Of a stretch of DNA of 64,000 bases, positions 18,315 to 29,788 are shown piece by piece (position 1 is the stretch's first letter; every line of letters starts with the position of its first letter). Both the position numbers and the translations under genes were made by a program. The notes under the pieces were generated by a model. That model did not search any database and was not told where the DNA came from. It was given only the letters and a program-made list of their open reading frames with translations. This stretch comes from a virus (taxonomy: Duplodnaviria; Caudoviricetes), in the IMG/VR virus record IMGVR_UViG_3300032281_000616, positions 1 to 64,000 of that record; one strand, 5' to 3'.

Positions 18315-20115
18315 CTACTACAACAATTTTGGTTATTAGTGATTTTGGATTATATATGTAAGGAAATTTAAAAAACTGTAAAGTCGTTGTCTGATTTATT
18401 AGACTTTCATCAACACCATCATATACTGGGTTCCATGAAATGAACGATAATCCATTATAATATATATTCTCTTTGTTATTAAAAGTCTTTAAAGACTTCA
18501 CACCGTCTATTGATAAAATTGATGATGTTATATCGGACATATTTATAGTTTGTCCGAGTGTAACATTTGTTGGTTTGAAATAATTTAGAATGATATCAAC
18601 TACTTTATTTTTTATGCTTTCTTTATTTATATTGTTATTCTTTTCTCTAACAATTATCAGTTGTGTATCTTTCGAAATATCCTTTGTTATTCCGACATTA
18701 GCAAATCCGATATCCAAAGCTATGTATACCGGATCTCTTGGAACTATTTCATTGGATATCATCTTCTTATCATCGGTCAAATCCTTAACAAGATTTTTGA
18801 AACTATTAGTTAAGAAATCTGGGTATTGAGCATCTTCTAATATTTGAAATTTTGGAACTAGGAACACATTAACGTTATTAAAATCACAAGAGTCTGCGAA
18901 ATTTACTTGATTCAATATAACCCGATTAGATTTGTTTGGATCTATACATATTTTGTAAAAATAATCGATATATTCATCTACGAATGTTTTGTTATTCACA
19001 ACTTTAACATCTTGTAAGATATTTGGTATAGACTTTTTGAGATATCTTTCAAAATCATTCTCGGTTACTAGTCTAAGTTGAGATGATAAAAATGTGGGTG
19101 CATTTTCTCTTATCTCCTCGACAGTTTCAGCATCTTGAATTATAGTTGAATTGGATGGATTCGTGAAAGTTAAGAAATTTCTATTCGAGTCTGAAATTAA
19201 AGTAGAGTCCAATTCTTGAGTAAGTCCATCGTATATTGTATTAAACCTAGAGCTATTGTAGGTGAACAATTTATTACCGTTTATGGCATTTTTACTTATC
19301 TGTCCTTTTTGACCATCGCTGAGAATATAAAAAACAGCAACTTCGTCTCCGGGATTTAATTTTCTCCCAAAAACTGAATTACCAAATTTAATTTCGTAAT
19401 GTCCATTTTCATTGAGCCTCAACTCATATACACGTTTATTAGACTCTGTTAAATACAAACTATCTGACTCAGTATATTCAAACCATGTGTCATTATCTAA
19501 TTCTTTAACATATACGCTAATCGAATTGTGTGAGATAAATCTAGTATCTTTACTATCTACGATATTATCCACAACAATCGGAAAAGTTTCGTAGTTTAAT
19601 CCTTCCGCTGTATATATCGGATATTCCCCGACAGTTCCTTGATATAGGATAGAATTTTCTCCAATAGAATCAATTTTCTCGTCTCCACTTATCAATTTTT
19701 CAAAATATTCGTCGTTAGGGAAAGTGTATTGAATATTATCGATTAAAAAATAGCTATATTTACGTATACGGTAGTTACCAACATTTAAACTACCAGATGC
19801 GTTACAATCAACTGAAACAAGAGAGGTCTGTTTACCTGTAGGCTTATAACCTATCATTTTTACGATTTTATTCATGTTCTCATAGATTGAAGCCTGTGAA
19901 AATGACGACTCAGATGATGTTTGGTTCAAATAAAATAACAATACGTGGGTAAAATAGCCCAGTATATCTAACAATGATGATATATTAGAACCCTCATAAT
20001 TTTGATCTGTAAACTGACCCTCTTCGTTCAGCCTACTGATCATGAATGATTTCAATGATGTAGCATCAAAATTAACGTATGCATTTTGAGGTAAATTGTA
20101 ATCGGGCGTTGCCAT
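18307..20115 (-). CDS. gp6: baseplate wedge subunit
   Basis: FDATSLK...FTDQNYEGSNISSLLDILGY...IGYKP; AETVEEIRENAP...RLVTENDF. Confidence 0.85.
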   Translation of the reverse strand: MATPDYNLPQNAYVNFDATSLKSFMISRLNEEGQFTDQNYEGSNISSLLDILGYFTHVLLFYLNQTSSESSFSQASIYENMNKIVKMIGYKPTGKQTSLVSVDCNASGSLNVGNYRIRKYSYFLIDNIQYTFPNDEYFEKLISGDEKIDSIGENSILYQGTVGEYPIYTAEGLNYETFPIVVDNIVDSKDTRFISHNSISVYVKELDNDTWFEYTESDSLYLTESNKRVYELRLNENGHYEIKFGNSVFGRKLNPGDEVAVFYILSDGQKGQISKNAINGNKLFTYNSSRFNTIYDGLTQELDSTLISDSNRNFLTFTNPSNSTIIQDAETVEEIRENAPTFLSSQLRLVTENDFERYLKKSIPNILQDVKVVNNKTFVDEYIDYFYKICIDPNKSNRVILNQVNFADSCDFNNVNVFLVPKFQILEDAQYPDFLTNSFKNLVKDLTDDKKMISNEIVPRDPVYIALDIGFANVGITKDISKDTQLIIVREKNNNINKESIKNKVVDIILNYFKPTNVTLGQTINMSDITSSILSIDGVKSLKTFNNKENIYYNGLSFISWNPVYDGVDESLINQTTTLQFFKFPYIYNPKSLITKIVVVDE

Positions 20116-20129
20116 TATTACTATTTAGC

Positions 20130-20615
20130 TCACAAAATAGTGTATCCAACATTATTCAACTCTGATTTGATAGAAACGCCGTATATATTCAAAGACGGGA
20201 CATCGATAGTCAATGATATATTGTATTGATTGATGTCTTCATCCCCTATAACAGATACATCCCGCACAACAACCCTTGGTTCCATTATAGGTAGTTGTGT
20301 TTCGATCAGGTCTTGGATGATTTCTGAAGTAAAATCATCGATTGGTTCGAATACAAATTGTCTCAAATCGACCCCATAGGTGGGATTTAGTATTTTATCT
20401 CCCGGTGACGTTAAAAACGCTGTTGTGATGCTATTTTTAACCGATTCTATGTCATATATTGCTCTGACATCTTTCAGAGTTTCTGTTTTATTTAATTGAT
20501 TGTTATACGATACGTCTTGAGATAAATCTAACGCTAAATCTTTATATAGATAATCACTTTTCAGAGATTTATCTGAAAGTTTATCTATTTTTAGGGAATT
20601 GATTTTAATTGCCAT
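20130..20615 (-). CDS. gp25: baseplate wedge subunit
   Basis: YKDLALDL, SVKNSI...PGDKILNPTYG..LRQFVFEP, EPRV. Confidence 0.85.
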   Translation of the reverse strand: MAIKINSLKIDKLSDKSLKSDYLYKDLALDLSQDVSYNNQLNKTETLKDVRAIYDIESVKNSITTAFLTSPGDKILNPTYGVDLRQFVFEPIDDFTSEIIQDLIETQLPIMEPRVVVRDVSVIGDEDINQYNISLTIDVPSLNIYGVSIKSELNNVGYTIL

Positions 20616-20620
20616 ACACG

Positions 20621-21337
20621 TTATATCGTTAATTTTTCAACTTTATGCCCTTTGCACATTTTAATAATATTATTAGAACATCTATTTAGATTAGATGATT
20701 CTAAATTATTTTCTCTAGCATACTTAGCCAAGTTATCGACAATTATTTCTTTTCCATTTGGGTCAGTTATCAAAAAACGTCCATTATACTTTGTTTTTTT
20801 ATTCAAGATTTTTAATCCATACTTTTCTTTAACCGATATATACTTTTTGGGTTTGTTTAAAATTGAACTTACATTATTCGGTTTACATTTTACAATCTTA
20901 GCTATTTCAGTAACCTTCATATTTTTATTATATAAATCAAACATCAAAATCACATCCTCGTCTGTAAAATTACGCAGTGCCTCGAATAGATTTTTGATTG
21001 ATTGCTCGGATGATTTTCTCCCTAAACTACTCCTAGCATTTTTACATATATTATACCTAGGATTTAAAATGTCTAAATAATATTGCTCTCGATCAATACA
21101 TTGATCTCTTTCACACACCTCCACAATTTCAAATACGAAATCAGTAGTCCTTGCGTTATAAGCATTTTGTAAAAACACACAAGGATTCTTGTTCAACTTT
21201 AAAAGTCTATTATGAGCCGAAAATCTTCTTCCCAAACTCACTGATGAACTTCCAATATAAAAATTATCGTTTGCTGGATTTGTTATTTTATAAACCCCAG
21301 TTTGATCACATAATTCTTTACTCAAATTTATCGACAT
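20621..21337 (-). mobile_element. GIY-YIG homing endonuclease
   Basis: GVYKITN...FYIGSS...RR..H, EQYYLD; likely start at 21337, just after the upstream stop. Confidence 0.85.
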
Positions 21338-21338
21338 A

Positions 21339-23141
21339 TCAGTCCCAGTTATCACATGACAATTTTTTAGCTGATCCGGGTTTAGCATTCGAGCAGGAAT
21401 GTCTAGACCTAAATGCTTTAGCTCTTTTAGAATTTCCACCTCCAACCCGAACACCCTTTTGTCCAAAATGTATTTTCTTATAGGAACCATCTGGTTGCTT
21501 TGCACATTTCATCCATTTTTTACCTTTTCGGTCGCTGCTGGTTTTTTTAGTTGGTCCAGTGCATTTTTCTAAAATCTCTAGCAAGTCACATTTGTAGTCA
21601 TCTTCATCAAAAGACATTTCGTTTAATACTCGATCAAAAAAATCATCAAATGATTCATTTTTTATTTTAGTTTCGTCTTCGATATTCATTTTTAAGAATG
21701 CAGGTGGAGTTTTTCCACGATCTATCATCCATGGACGATCTACTCTTTTTTTCATCTGTTCCTTTGAGAAGGTTGGGATCGGTAACTGATCTATTAAACC
21801 TTTTATGTAAGTTTTGGTGTTAGGATCACTCCACTCTGCTTTACTCTCTGAAGTATTGGTTGATAGTTTTGTTAGCAATGTTGATAATTCTCCTTTAGAT
21901 GCATCTGTCACAGTTGTATTAAGCTTATCTAGAGCAATTGGATTTTTATCTGAACTTCTAAGGGAACTATAAACTCTCGATAAAACCATGAATGGTAGTT
22001 TATTGAAGTCTCGCATGGTTGTAATATTAACATTTTTATCCAATGCTCTACCAGTATCGAAATCTTTATTCTCGTAGTCTCTTTCAAATCTAGCAAGATA
22101 TCCTAAAATCGGGTTAACATTTTCATCATCAGATTCTAGAGCTTTTAAACGATCAATTGCATCGTTTAAATTCGATGGCATCTGATCCCAGTTTAGTTGA
22201 TCTAAAGATTTAATCTCAGTCCCAGCCTTTTCTTGATATTCTTTAACTAAACCGGATGCGGTAAATTTAATCAAGTCTAAAAATCCAGATATAGCTGCTT
22301 CGTTAACTGCTTCATTCGTTTGATTAATTTGATTGATACGATCATATAAATCCTCAAGTTCCTCAGTGGTTTTTTCTAATTTATCTTCCCATTTAGCCAT
22401 CTTTTCCTCAATATCATAAATATTAGCCTTTAATTTTTCTATATCAACAGGCTTCATAGTCGCTTGATCAAAACGATCTCTTTTTTTATTTAAAATGGTC
22501 GCTAATTCACTAACAGTCTGTTCAATTTTGCCTTTCTGTTTTTCGCTCTTAGCTCTACCTTTTTGGGTATTTAAAGTTTCTATGTTCGCTTCTATCTTAG
22601 AAATCTCCACTTCCATATTATCCTTTTCAGATGGGGGTAATTTTGTTCGATTAATGATTTTATTCTTCTTATCTAGATCATCTCTCATACCAGTCAAATC
22701 ACTTCGATATTTTGTTTGATTTCTTTCAAGCTTTTCTAGTTGATTTTCTTCATCATACTTCTCAACTTTCCCGTTTTCATCAACTCCTCGAATATTCTTA
22801 TACGAATCTCTTGAATCATTAAATCGTTTTGTTATTTTTTGAACCTGTTTATCAAAAAATGGATCATTGAATAGGAGTCTAAACGATGTTAGCATACTCT
22901 TCCACAGCTTTGATTCTGTAGCAAATCCAGATTTACCTGTATTTTGAGATGGATCATACTCCCAACGATCTATTGGTGTGCTTAATTCGAAATTATCAGA
23001 CTTACCGACTGAACTAGACGAATATCCCGATGGGCCTTCCGATTCTTTTGTTCTATTAAGCCTAGCACCTCCCATATTTTTAGGTGCTGATGGTCTAAAC
23101 CCAGCTTCGGTAACTATTTGAACCAATTTATCAAACTTCAT
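21339..23141 (-). CDS. coiled-coil late protein with a basic Cys-containing C-terminal domain
   Basis: Long E/K heptad region; C-terminus KKIHFGQ...AFRSRHSC...SCDNW; TAAATA + 5 nt before MKFDKLVQIVTE. Confidence 0.55.
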   Translation of the reverse strand: MKFDKLVQIVTEAGFRPSAPKNMGGARLNRTKESEGPSGYSSSSVGKSDNFELSTPIDRWEYDPSQNTGKSGFATESKLWKSMLTSFRLLFNDPFFDKQVQKITKRFNDSRDSYKNIRGVDENGKVEKYDEENQLEKLERNQTKYRSDLTGMRDDLDKKNKIINRTKLPPSEKDNMEVEISKIEANIETLNTQKGRAKSEKQKGKIEQTVSELATILNKKRDRFDQATMKPVDIEKLKANIYDIEEKMAKWEDKLEKTTEELEDLYDRINQINQTNEAVNEAAISGFLDLIKFTASGLVKEYQEKAGTEIKSLDQLNWDQMPSNLNDAIDRLKALESDDENVNPILGYLARFERDYENKDFDTGRALDKNVNITTMRDFNKLPFMVLSRVYSSLRSSDKNPIALDKLNTTVTDASKGELSTLLTKLSTNTSESKAEWSDPNTKTYIKGLIDQLPIPTFSKEQMKKRVDRPWMIDRGKTPPAFLKMNIEDETKIKNESFDDFFDRVLNEMSFDEDDYKCDLLEILEKCTGPTKKTSSDRKGKKWMKCAKQPDGSYKKIHFGQKGVRVGGGNSKRAKAFRSRHSCSNAKPGSAKKLSCDNWD

Positions 23142-23177
23142 ATTGTTATTTATCATATGATATTACTAAATATGAAC

Positions 23178-24005
23178 ATGGGAATAAAATTTAACCAAAT
23201 TTATGATTCAATCTTGGAGTCAGTTACTACACGAAATAGTGCTGGAGGCGGCTACCTTCCCGGTGATATAGTAGAATTTAGATCAGACTATAAGAAAAAT
23301 GTCACATACAAAGCCATGCCTAGTAATATGCGCGATGAAGTTGATCAAATGACTAAATGTGGGCTTAATATTCGTGTTGTTCAAGTCGGTGATCGTCTTT
23401 CTGGTGTTTCTGCTGGGAATCAACATAAAAAAGCTGATGATGTAGTGGTTACACTTGCTTGTGATCAAGGAGGTGGTAGATATTATAGCACTGTTACTGT
23501 TGGTACAGATATGATCGAGCCAGTAACAATGAATGATCCTAGCCCGACAATCCCTGATAAATTTTATAGAGACGATAGTAAGTATATGTCAGGTAAAGCC
23601 GAGGAGTATGTTTCTGATATGAAAAATATCACTCGTCTTACTGATAAAGGTAATGGTAAAAACACTCCAACTAACTTGAGACTAGCTGGTGAATCCACCA
23701 TGTTAACTAAGGATAATAATAAACTTGGAGATATACTTGAAGAAATGTATTCACCTACCGATTATTATCCCATTTATCAAAAGGTTTTGATTGAAGAGGG
23801 TATGCTTCGTAGACTAGCCACCAAATTCGCGGGTGGTTTTAAGTCTAATCCACTTCAAAAACAGGGACAGAATCATCAATTTGCCCAATCAGCGGCATTA
23901 GATATCGGAAAAGACATCAGCAAATCCTTTGGTGGAGATTATAATCAACACGCTCAAGCTCTATACAAATATATTCTGGACTATATCTCCCAAGTTGTAA
24001 AATAA
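23178..24005 (+). CDS. hypothetical late protein
   Basis: TAAATA + 5 nt before MGIKFNQIYDSILE. Confidence 0.55.
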   Translation: MGIKFNQIYDSILESVTTRNSAGGGYLPGDIVEFRSDYKKNVTYKAMPSNMRDEVDQMTKCGLNIRVVQVGDRLSGVSAGNQHKKADDVVVTLACDQGGGRYYSTVTVGTDMIEPVTMNDPSPTIPDKFYRDDSKYMSGKAEEYVSDMKNITRLTDKGNGKNTPTNLRLAGESTMLTKDNNKLGDILEEMYSPTDYYPIYQKVLIEEGMLRRLATKFAGGFKSNPLQKQGQNHQFAQSAALDIGKDISKSFGGDYNQHAQALYKYILDYISQVVK

Positions 24006-24030
24006 TAATCACAACAAACTAAATAATATC

Positions 24031-24696
24031 ATGGCATCATATTCCCAACGCGATCAAGTAATGCTAACTGAGGCATACACTCTACAACTACTCAAGGAGT
24101 CTATTCCCGGAATGACACTAAATCAAGTTCACAACAATCTAGATCTGATGACAGAATCAGAATTAAGATATGTTTCTACTGTATCAGAAAGAATTTTAGA
24201 AGGTTTCTTCGGTAATCTCAAAGCGGGTCTAGGAAATCTTGGAAAAGGTGTTGGTAGTGCTGCTTCTAGTGCTGCCCAAAGCGCATCCCAAGCTGTTGGT
24301 AATAAAGTTGGGCAAGGTGTTCAAGCTGCTAAACAATTTGGGTCTAATATCGCTTCTGGTGCTAGAAAAGTAGGTTCTGGTGTCGCTTCTGGTGCCAAAC
24401 AAATCGGATCTAATGTATCAGATATGTATCAAACTGGTGTAGCTGATAAACAATCACAAGATGCTCTATTACAAGCTAGGGAATCAACTCAACAATTGAT
24501 TGATTTGATTACACAAGCCCAACAGTCAGGAATTTTAGGAAATGTTCGTGGAAATGTTGCTGATATGTCCCTGAGTGAAATTATCGACACTCTTGATGCT
24601 GTAAAACGAAGCACTGGGGACTTTGCCCAACAAGCTAGGGATAAAGGTCCTCTGGGTGGAGTCGGTAAAGCCTTTAGACAAGGCATGGGACGCTAA
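24031..24696 (+). CDS. Gly/Ala-rich late protein
   Basis: TAAATA + 5 nt; repeated small-residue amphipathic segments (GSNIASGARKVGSGVASGAKQIGSNVS). Confidence 0.55.
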   Translation: MASYSQRDQVMLTEAYTLQLLKESIPGMTLNQVHNNLDLMTESELRYVSTVSERILEGFFGNLKAGLGNLGKGVGSAASSAAQSASQAVGNKVGQGVQAAKQFGSNIASGARKVGSGVASGAKQIGSNVSDMYQTGVADKQSQDALLQARESTQQLIDLITQAQQSGILGNVRGNVADMSLSEIIDTLDAVKRSTGDFAQQARDKGPLGGVGKAFRQGMGR

Positions 24697-25613
24697 ATCT
24701 GTTCCAAATTCAATACACAAGCAAAGAAGTTAATCTCTTTATCATTAACTCTGGTAGCTTTCTCAAGATGATCGGCAATGGTTAATATCATTGCCTTTTT
24801 CTTTGAATCTTCTATGCTTTTTGTATAGATATAATTCAATAAATCAACTAATAATTGATCCCAATCAGAATTGAAGATCTCATCGTTCTGTATTAGGTAT
24901 TTCCTCAAAGATAGTGTATTACCATCTTCGATATTTGAGCATATTTTCTCACAAACTTTATTATTATTGACTTTTTGAGTGATTTTTAATTCAGATCCGA
25001 CGACATACTTCTGCATCTCATTGATACATTTTCTTAAATCAGGAAAATGTGATTTTACTAGTGTGGCTAGCTGTTTCTTCTCATCCTGAGAAGTTTCGAC
25101 ACCTTCTGCAATGAGTATTTGTAAGCATCTCTTTAGTGCTTGTGGTAAAGATGGTCTAATATCCAAAAACTGACACCTTGATTGTAAAGGTGTTGATATT
25201 TTGTGTTTGTAATTACCTGTGAGTATGAATCTAGCGTTATCAGCATAAGATTCCATCATGTTTCTTAGGGCGTCTTGCCCATTTTTACTAAAATTGTCGA
25301 TTTCGTCTAAAATAACGACCTTTATATTACCATCGAAACTTTTAGTTTGAACAAATCCATTGATTTTGTTTCTTACGGTATCGATACCGTTCTCATCAGA
25401 TGCATTGATATAAAGATAATCACATTTTAGAATATCCAATACAATAATTCTGGCTAAGGATGTTTTTCCGACCCCAGCATTACCCGTTAATAGCAAATTT
25501 GGTATTTCTTCACCGAAAGATTTTATGATATCCTTCGTTTCTTCAGAAATACACAAATCATCCAATGTATGTGGACGATACTTTTCAACCCATAACCCAG
25601 AGAAATCACTCAT
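24693..25613 (-). CDS. gp44: clamp loader ATPase subunit
   Basis: LWVEKYRP, GNAGVGKT, INASDENGID, ILDEID, LQSRC. Confidence 0.92.
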   Translation of the reverse strand: MSDFSGLWVEKYRPHTLDDLCISEETKDIIKSFGEEIPNLLLTGNAGVGKTSLARIIVLDILKCDYLYINASDENGIDTVRNKINGFVQTKSFDGNIKVVILDEIDNFSKNGQDALRNMMESYADNARFILTGNYKHKISTPLQSRCQFLDIRPSLPQALKRCLQILIAEGVETSQDEKKQLATLVKSHFPDLRKCINEMQKYVVGSELKITQKVNNNKVCEKICSNIEDGNTLSLRKYLIQNDEIFNSDWDQLLVDLLNYIYTKSIEDSKKKAMILTIADHLEKATRVNDKEINFFACVLNLEQI

Positions 25614-25643
25614 GGAGCTAGATTATCATGAAATGATCAGATG

Positions 25644-25859
25644 TCAAGCATCCATTTCGTTTTCAATGTATTCTTTGATAGAATCTAGAGTGATTGTATC
25701 ATTGTCATTAATGAAATTTTGAATGGCTTCGGAAAACGAATCACCCATAGAACTCAATTCTTCATCTTCAGTCGAATCTAAGAATTCTTGTAATTCATAG
25801 ATCGCATCGATAAGTTTCTCTTCTTTATCCTTTAGTTTTTTAAGTAGTTTTTTACTCAT
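25644..25859 (-). CDS. small acidic hypothetical protein
   Basis: 71 aa; upstream TAAATAGGAACAAATG. Confidence 0.5.
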   Translation of the reverse strand: MSKKLLKKLKDKEEKLIDAIYELQEFLDSTEDEELSSMGDSFSEAIQNFINDNDTITLDSIKEYIENEMDA

Positions 25860-25933
25860 TTGTTCCTATTTATCCGAAATGTTTCAAAAGCAAGAATACA
25901 TTGAAAGATTTTTCACATCGACTAAATAATAAT

Positions 25934-27103
25934 ATGCCTAAAATTTCCCAATTAACATCTGCTGCACAACCGTTGTCTGGTGGTGAGAGTGTTTTAATGA
26001 ACCAAAACGGTGTGACCGTTACATCAACTCTTAGTAGTGTTAAAACTTACGTTTTAAGTGGACTATCTTTGAGTGCATCTGGTAGTGAATACGCTTTAAA
26101 AAATTTGAATAATAATTTCACTGTTGGTCAAACTGTATATGGAAATTTAACAGCTAATAATATTTCTTTATCTGGAACTTCTATAATGTTGAGATCTATA
26201 GGTTCAAATGGTGTTGGATTATTGAATTATACCTTGAGTGGAAGTGGTTCAAGTAATATAGCTATTGGTTTTAATGCATTAAGTGGTAATGGTCTAAACA
26301 GATTCGATAATATAGCAATTGGTTCATACTGTTCGTTAAGCGCGAATGGTGATTCTATAGTTTCAATAGGAAGTAGTGCTGGAGTTCAAAGCTCTGGCTC
26401 AATATGTAACTTTATCGGTTCCAATGCTGGATCAGCTAACACGGGTGAATCTGTTAACGCTATGGGATTCGAGGCTGCTTATGGAAACATGGGGGATTAT
26501 GTGAATGCGTTGGGTTCTGGGGCAGCATCAAGAAACATGGCCAGTAATGTAAATGCATTCGGTCAAGATGCTCTAAATGGTAACATTGGTGTGGAAAATA
26601 TCAATGCATTTGGAAACAATGCCTTGGGTGGAAGTAATGAGGGTAGTGATGTAAATGCCCTTGGTCAGGCAGCGGGGTATGATAATTACGGAAATCACCT
26701 AAATGCTCTCGGAAATCAAGCTGCTTATAATAATGATGCAAATCATGTAAATGCCCTTGGTCAGGCAGCGGGGTATGATAATTACGGAAGCTACGTTAAT
26801 TTTATGGGGCTTTCTGCTGGTTCATCAAATACAGGAAATCATGTTAATTGTATGGGACAAGAAGCTGGTGAAAGTAATAACGGGGATCATAATCAATTTT
26901 TTGGTAAATTAGCGCGAACCAATCCTACAACTTTGAGTGGTTGTTTAGTTATTGGTAATGAAGCCCAAGCAACCCAGAACAATACCATAGCTCTGGGTTC
27001 TACAATAACTCCTTTTTTAACATCAGGAAGTGGAGTATCTACGGGAAATTACTTAGTCATCAGACTCAATGGACAAAATTTGAAAATACCATTATATACA
27101 TAA
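25934..27103 (+). CDS. tail fibre/adhesin-like protein with 16-aa N-A-x-G repeats
   Basis: MPKISQL N-terminus; repeated VNALG..A.Y.N.G units resembling trimeric beta-roll heads. Confidence 0.6.
   Translation: MPKISQLTSAAQPLSGGESVLMNQNGVTVTSTLSSVKTYVLSGLSLSASGSEYALKNLNNNFTVGQTVYGNLTANNISLSGTSIMLRSIGSNGVGLLNYTLSGSGSSNIAIGFNALSGNGLNRFDNIAIGSYCSLSANGDSIVSIGSSAGVQSSGSICNFIGSNAGSANTGESVNAMGFEAAYGNMGDYVNALGSGAASRNMASNVNAFGQDALNGNIGVENINAFGNNALGGSNEGSDVNALGQAAGYDNYGNHLNALGNQAAYNNDANHVNALGQAAGYDNYGSYVNFMGLSAGSSNTGNHVNCMGQEAGESNNGDHNQFFGKLARTNPTTLSGCLVIGNEAQATQNNTIALGSTITPFLTSGSGVSTGNYLVIRLNGQNLKIPLYT
26649..26789 (+). repeat. exact 45-bp direct repeat within the fibre gene
   Basis: ATGTAAATGCCCTTGGTCAGGCAGCGGGGTATGATAATTACGGAA at 26649-26693 and 26745-26789. 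Confidence 0.85.
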
Positions 27104-27112
27104 ATATAAAGG

Positions 27113-29788
27113 ATGGCAATATCCTCACAGTTCGGATTTCCAAATGTCCCAAAATCAATAACAAATCCTAATATCCTAAAAAAGGATGCGTTGGATGTAG
27201 GGGGTCCTATGTCATTTTTGACATTCATTAAAATTATCAGTGATTCTTATTCTCCCGAGTCATTACAGTCTTACTACAATTTTTACCTGAAAAAATGGAA
27301 TAGTAGCAATAATCTGAAGGTTGACAATGAAAAATCTTTAATTATTGAAAAATATAGAGATTTTTTAAAAGACATCAATATACATTACACGACATCGGAT
27401 GAAAGAAAATTTTTATCTAATATAAATTTCAATGATCCACACGACTTAGATATCGCTTTAAGTTTTTATAGTAAAAAACTCAGAGAGATATCATTATATT
27501 ACAACGAGAAAAGAGAAAATTTAAAATTTAATATTGTAAAAAATAAACTAAGGGGGACCAATTATGGTATAGAAAAATCTCTAAAAGATTTAACTATTTC
27601 GTATTTAAAAAACTTAGAAAACTCTTCTACACTTTTTAATATAGATGAAATAATACCTAAGTTAGATATCCAAATCGAAGAATTATATAATACATACTCC
27701 TTATATTACAATCAAACTCCAGATGGGACATATGATCACAAAGATTTAGATTATGGTTATGATATTTTCTTAAAATCGAATCAAGAGATTATCGATGACG
27801 TTTTTTCTACACTATCGGACGAATTATTACAACTAAAGGAGATAGATTCTTTATTGGATAATAAAAGAGATCTTACGAAAAAATATCTACTGACAGATTT
27901 CTATTATCTTTCAACTGGGGATACCACATCCAATTTCGTATCAGGTAAATTATTTGAAAGCTCTAATAATGCTATAAATTTCTCTAATAGAGACTATCCA
28001 ACATCTGTATCAAAAGATAGAATTGATTATTTTCAAACTGATAAAGAATTGGGATTCTTTAAGCCATCAAAGGTATCTATCGTGTTAGTAGATGGTCAAA
28101 ATGATTCATTCACTATAAATGTGAATAATCTACAACCAAATTCACTATATTATTTCCCAAATCCAACTATCTTACCTAAGAGTAGCGACATATTAACGTT
28201 TGTCGTAGACTCATCTTTCTTAAAAAGAAACTTTTCGTCTGGTAATTCCAGAAATATTCCAAAATCAGATCAAAAAGACACGAAATATTATGGTTACGTA
28301 TCTAAAATTGATCAGAATAAGAAAAAATACTTGTCTGATATATTCAATGAAGGGTATGTAGAGGATATAAAATATGACATAAATGGGAATTTATTAGGTT
28401 TATTCAAAAATGATAAATCTTTCATTCAATATATCCAAAATATAGATACCAATAATCTATATAGTCAAGTTATCAATGGTCATAAGTTCTTCGATGATCT
28501 ATATCTTGAAGGTTTGAATTATAATTATACTATAATTGATGATTATACCTTCAACGAAACCAAAAGATCTGGATTATCGAGTAATACGGGAACTTTCATA
28601 AGCACCAAAGCAGATCTGGAAATAAATTTCGGCAAATTCTCTCCATTTTTCTCATTAAAAGAACCAACTGAATCTAATCTTGTCGGAAAATACAGAATAA
28701 TTGAGGGAGCTTATATGGCTGATAGTCGAGATATTCCTTATATAGACTCTGTATCTTCGGATTTATCAGCATTCTCCACATCAACCGATCCATTCTATTT
28801 TAATACTTTAATCGAGGGTGGTATCCACACCTCAACACAAAGAGCGTTGTTAGATGCCACTCAGCCTACACTCACAGCTAATTTCACTGAATATTCTAGG
28901 CTATCTGGTCTAGTGACAGTAGATGGTGGAAATTTTAATTCTGGTGATTTTGGAATAGATTTAAAAAGAATTGATTATGTTTATGTCGATGAAGAGTCGT
29001 CAAACAAAACTGTATTGTTATCTGCGTCCGAATACTTCGGTGAGTATGAACCTGATTGTGGGAGAATATACATAAAAAATTCTAAAACCCGTGAGGTTTT
29101 ACCTTTAACTGTAGCACTCGGATACTTATCGACCAAATATAGTCCTGATGTATTTCAAGAGATTGTGGATAGTGTTATATCCTTCGAAATAATCTTGGAT
29201 GTGTTGTTTATCGAAACAACATCTTACCTAATAGTGGATAAAATTGAACCATCCGGTAACATATTCAAAGAACCTAGAGTTCCTTCATTGATTATATCAA
29301 AGAATTTAAATAATTTCGAAAGAATATCAAACAGATTCAGAATAAAGAATAAAGTTTTTTACATAAGAACAAAAAATATAACATTGGACGATGAATCTAT
29401 GTATATATATCCAGAAATTTACGAATTCGACACAGCGAATTTCAAAAATACTAAATTGTATCCAACTAATACATTGTCGTTGACATCAACTGATACATTC
29501 AGAATACCTACAAACAATTATAATTACTTTGAACTAAAAAAACCTAGACTTACATATTCATCGTCATCTGATACATTCGCATTATCATTTATACTAAAGG
29601 ATCAAAACTACATGTCTGATATCTTTACTTATAAATTTGATATATTATCAAATGTCAACATTCTCAGCACTGAGATGTATAATAGTAATATTCTAAGATA
29701 CACCAATGACATGTCATCGTTATCGACTGTTTCTATTTATCTCTCTGGTTACACTCCAACATTCGAAGATAATACTTTAATAATATGA
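27113..29788 (+). CDS. large virion (baseplate/tail) protein
   Basis: 891 aa; late promoter; structural cluster context. Confidence 0.45.
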   Translation: MAISSQFGFPNVPKSITNPNILKKDALDVGGPMSFLTFIKIISDSYSPESLQSYYNFYLKKWNSSNNLKVDNEKSLIIEKYRDFLKDINIHYTTSDERKFLSNINFNDPHDLDIALSFYSKKLREISLYYNEKRENLKFNIVKNKLRGTNYGIEKSLKDLTISYLKNLENSSTLFNIDEIIPKLDIQIEELYNTYSLYYNQTPDGTYDHKDLDYGYDIFLKSNQEIIDDVFSTLSDELLQLKEIDSLLDNKRDLTKKYLLTDFYYLSTGDTTSNFVSGKLFESSNNAINFSNRDYPTSVSKDRIDYFQTDKELGFFKPSKVSIVLVDGQNDSFTINVNNLQPNSLYYFPNPTILPKSSDILTFVVDSSFLKRNFSSGNSRNIPKSDQKDTKYYGYVSKIDQNKKKYLSDIFNEGYVEDIKYDINGNLLGLFKNDKSFIQYIQNIDTNNLYSQVINGHKFFDDLYLEGLNYNYTIIDDYTFNETKRSGLSSNTGTFISTKADLEINFGKFSPFFSLKEPTESNLVGKYRIIEGAYMADSRDIPYIDSVSSDLSAFSTSTDPFYFNTLIEGGIHTSTQRALLDATQPTLTANFTEYSRLSGLVTVDGGNFNSGDFGIDLKRIDYVYVDEESSNKTVLLSASEYFGEYEPDCGRIYIKNSKTREVLPLTVALGYLSTKYSPDVFQEIVDSVISFEIILDVLFIETTSYLIVDKIEPSGNIFKEPRVPSLIISKNLNNFERISNRFRIKNKVFYIRTKNITLDDESMYIYPEIYEFDTANFKNTKLYPTNTLSLTSTDTFRIPTNNYNYFELKKPRLTYSSSSDTFALSFILKDQNYMSDIFTYKFDILSNVNILSTEMYNSNILRYTNDMSSLSTVSIYLSGYTPTFEDNTLII

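Noticed and set aside
20652-21483. Antisense ORFs over the GIY-YIG gene (likewise 45987-46469)
   Set aside because: Stop-poor reverse frames of Lys-rich genes
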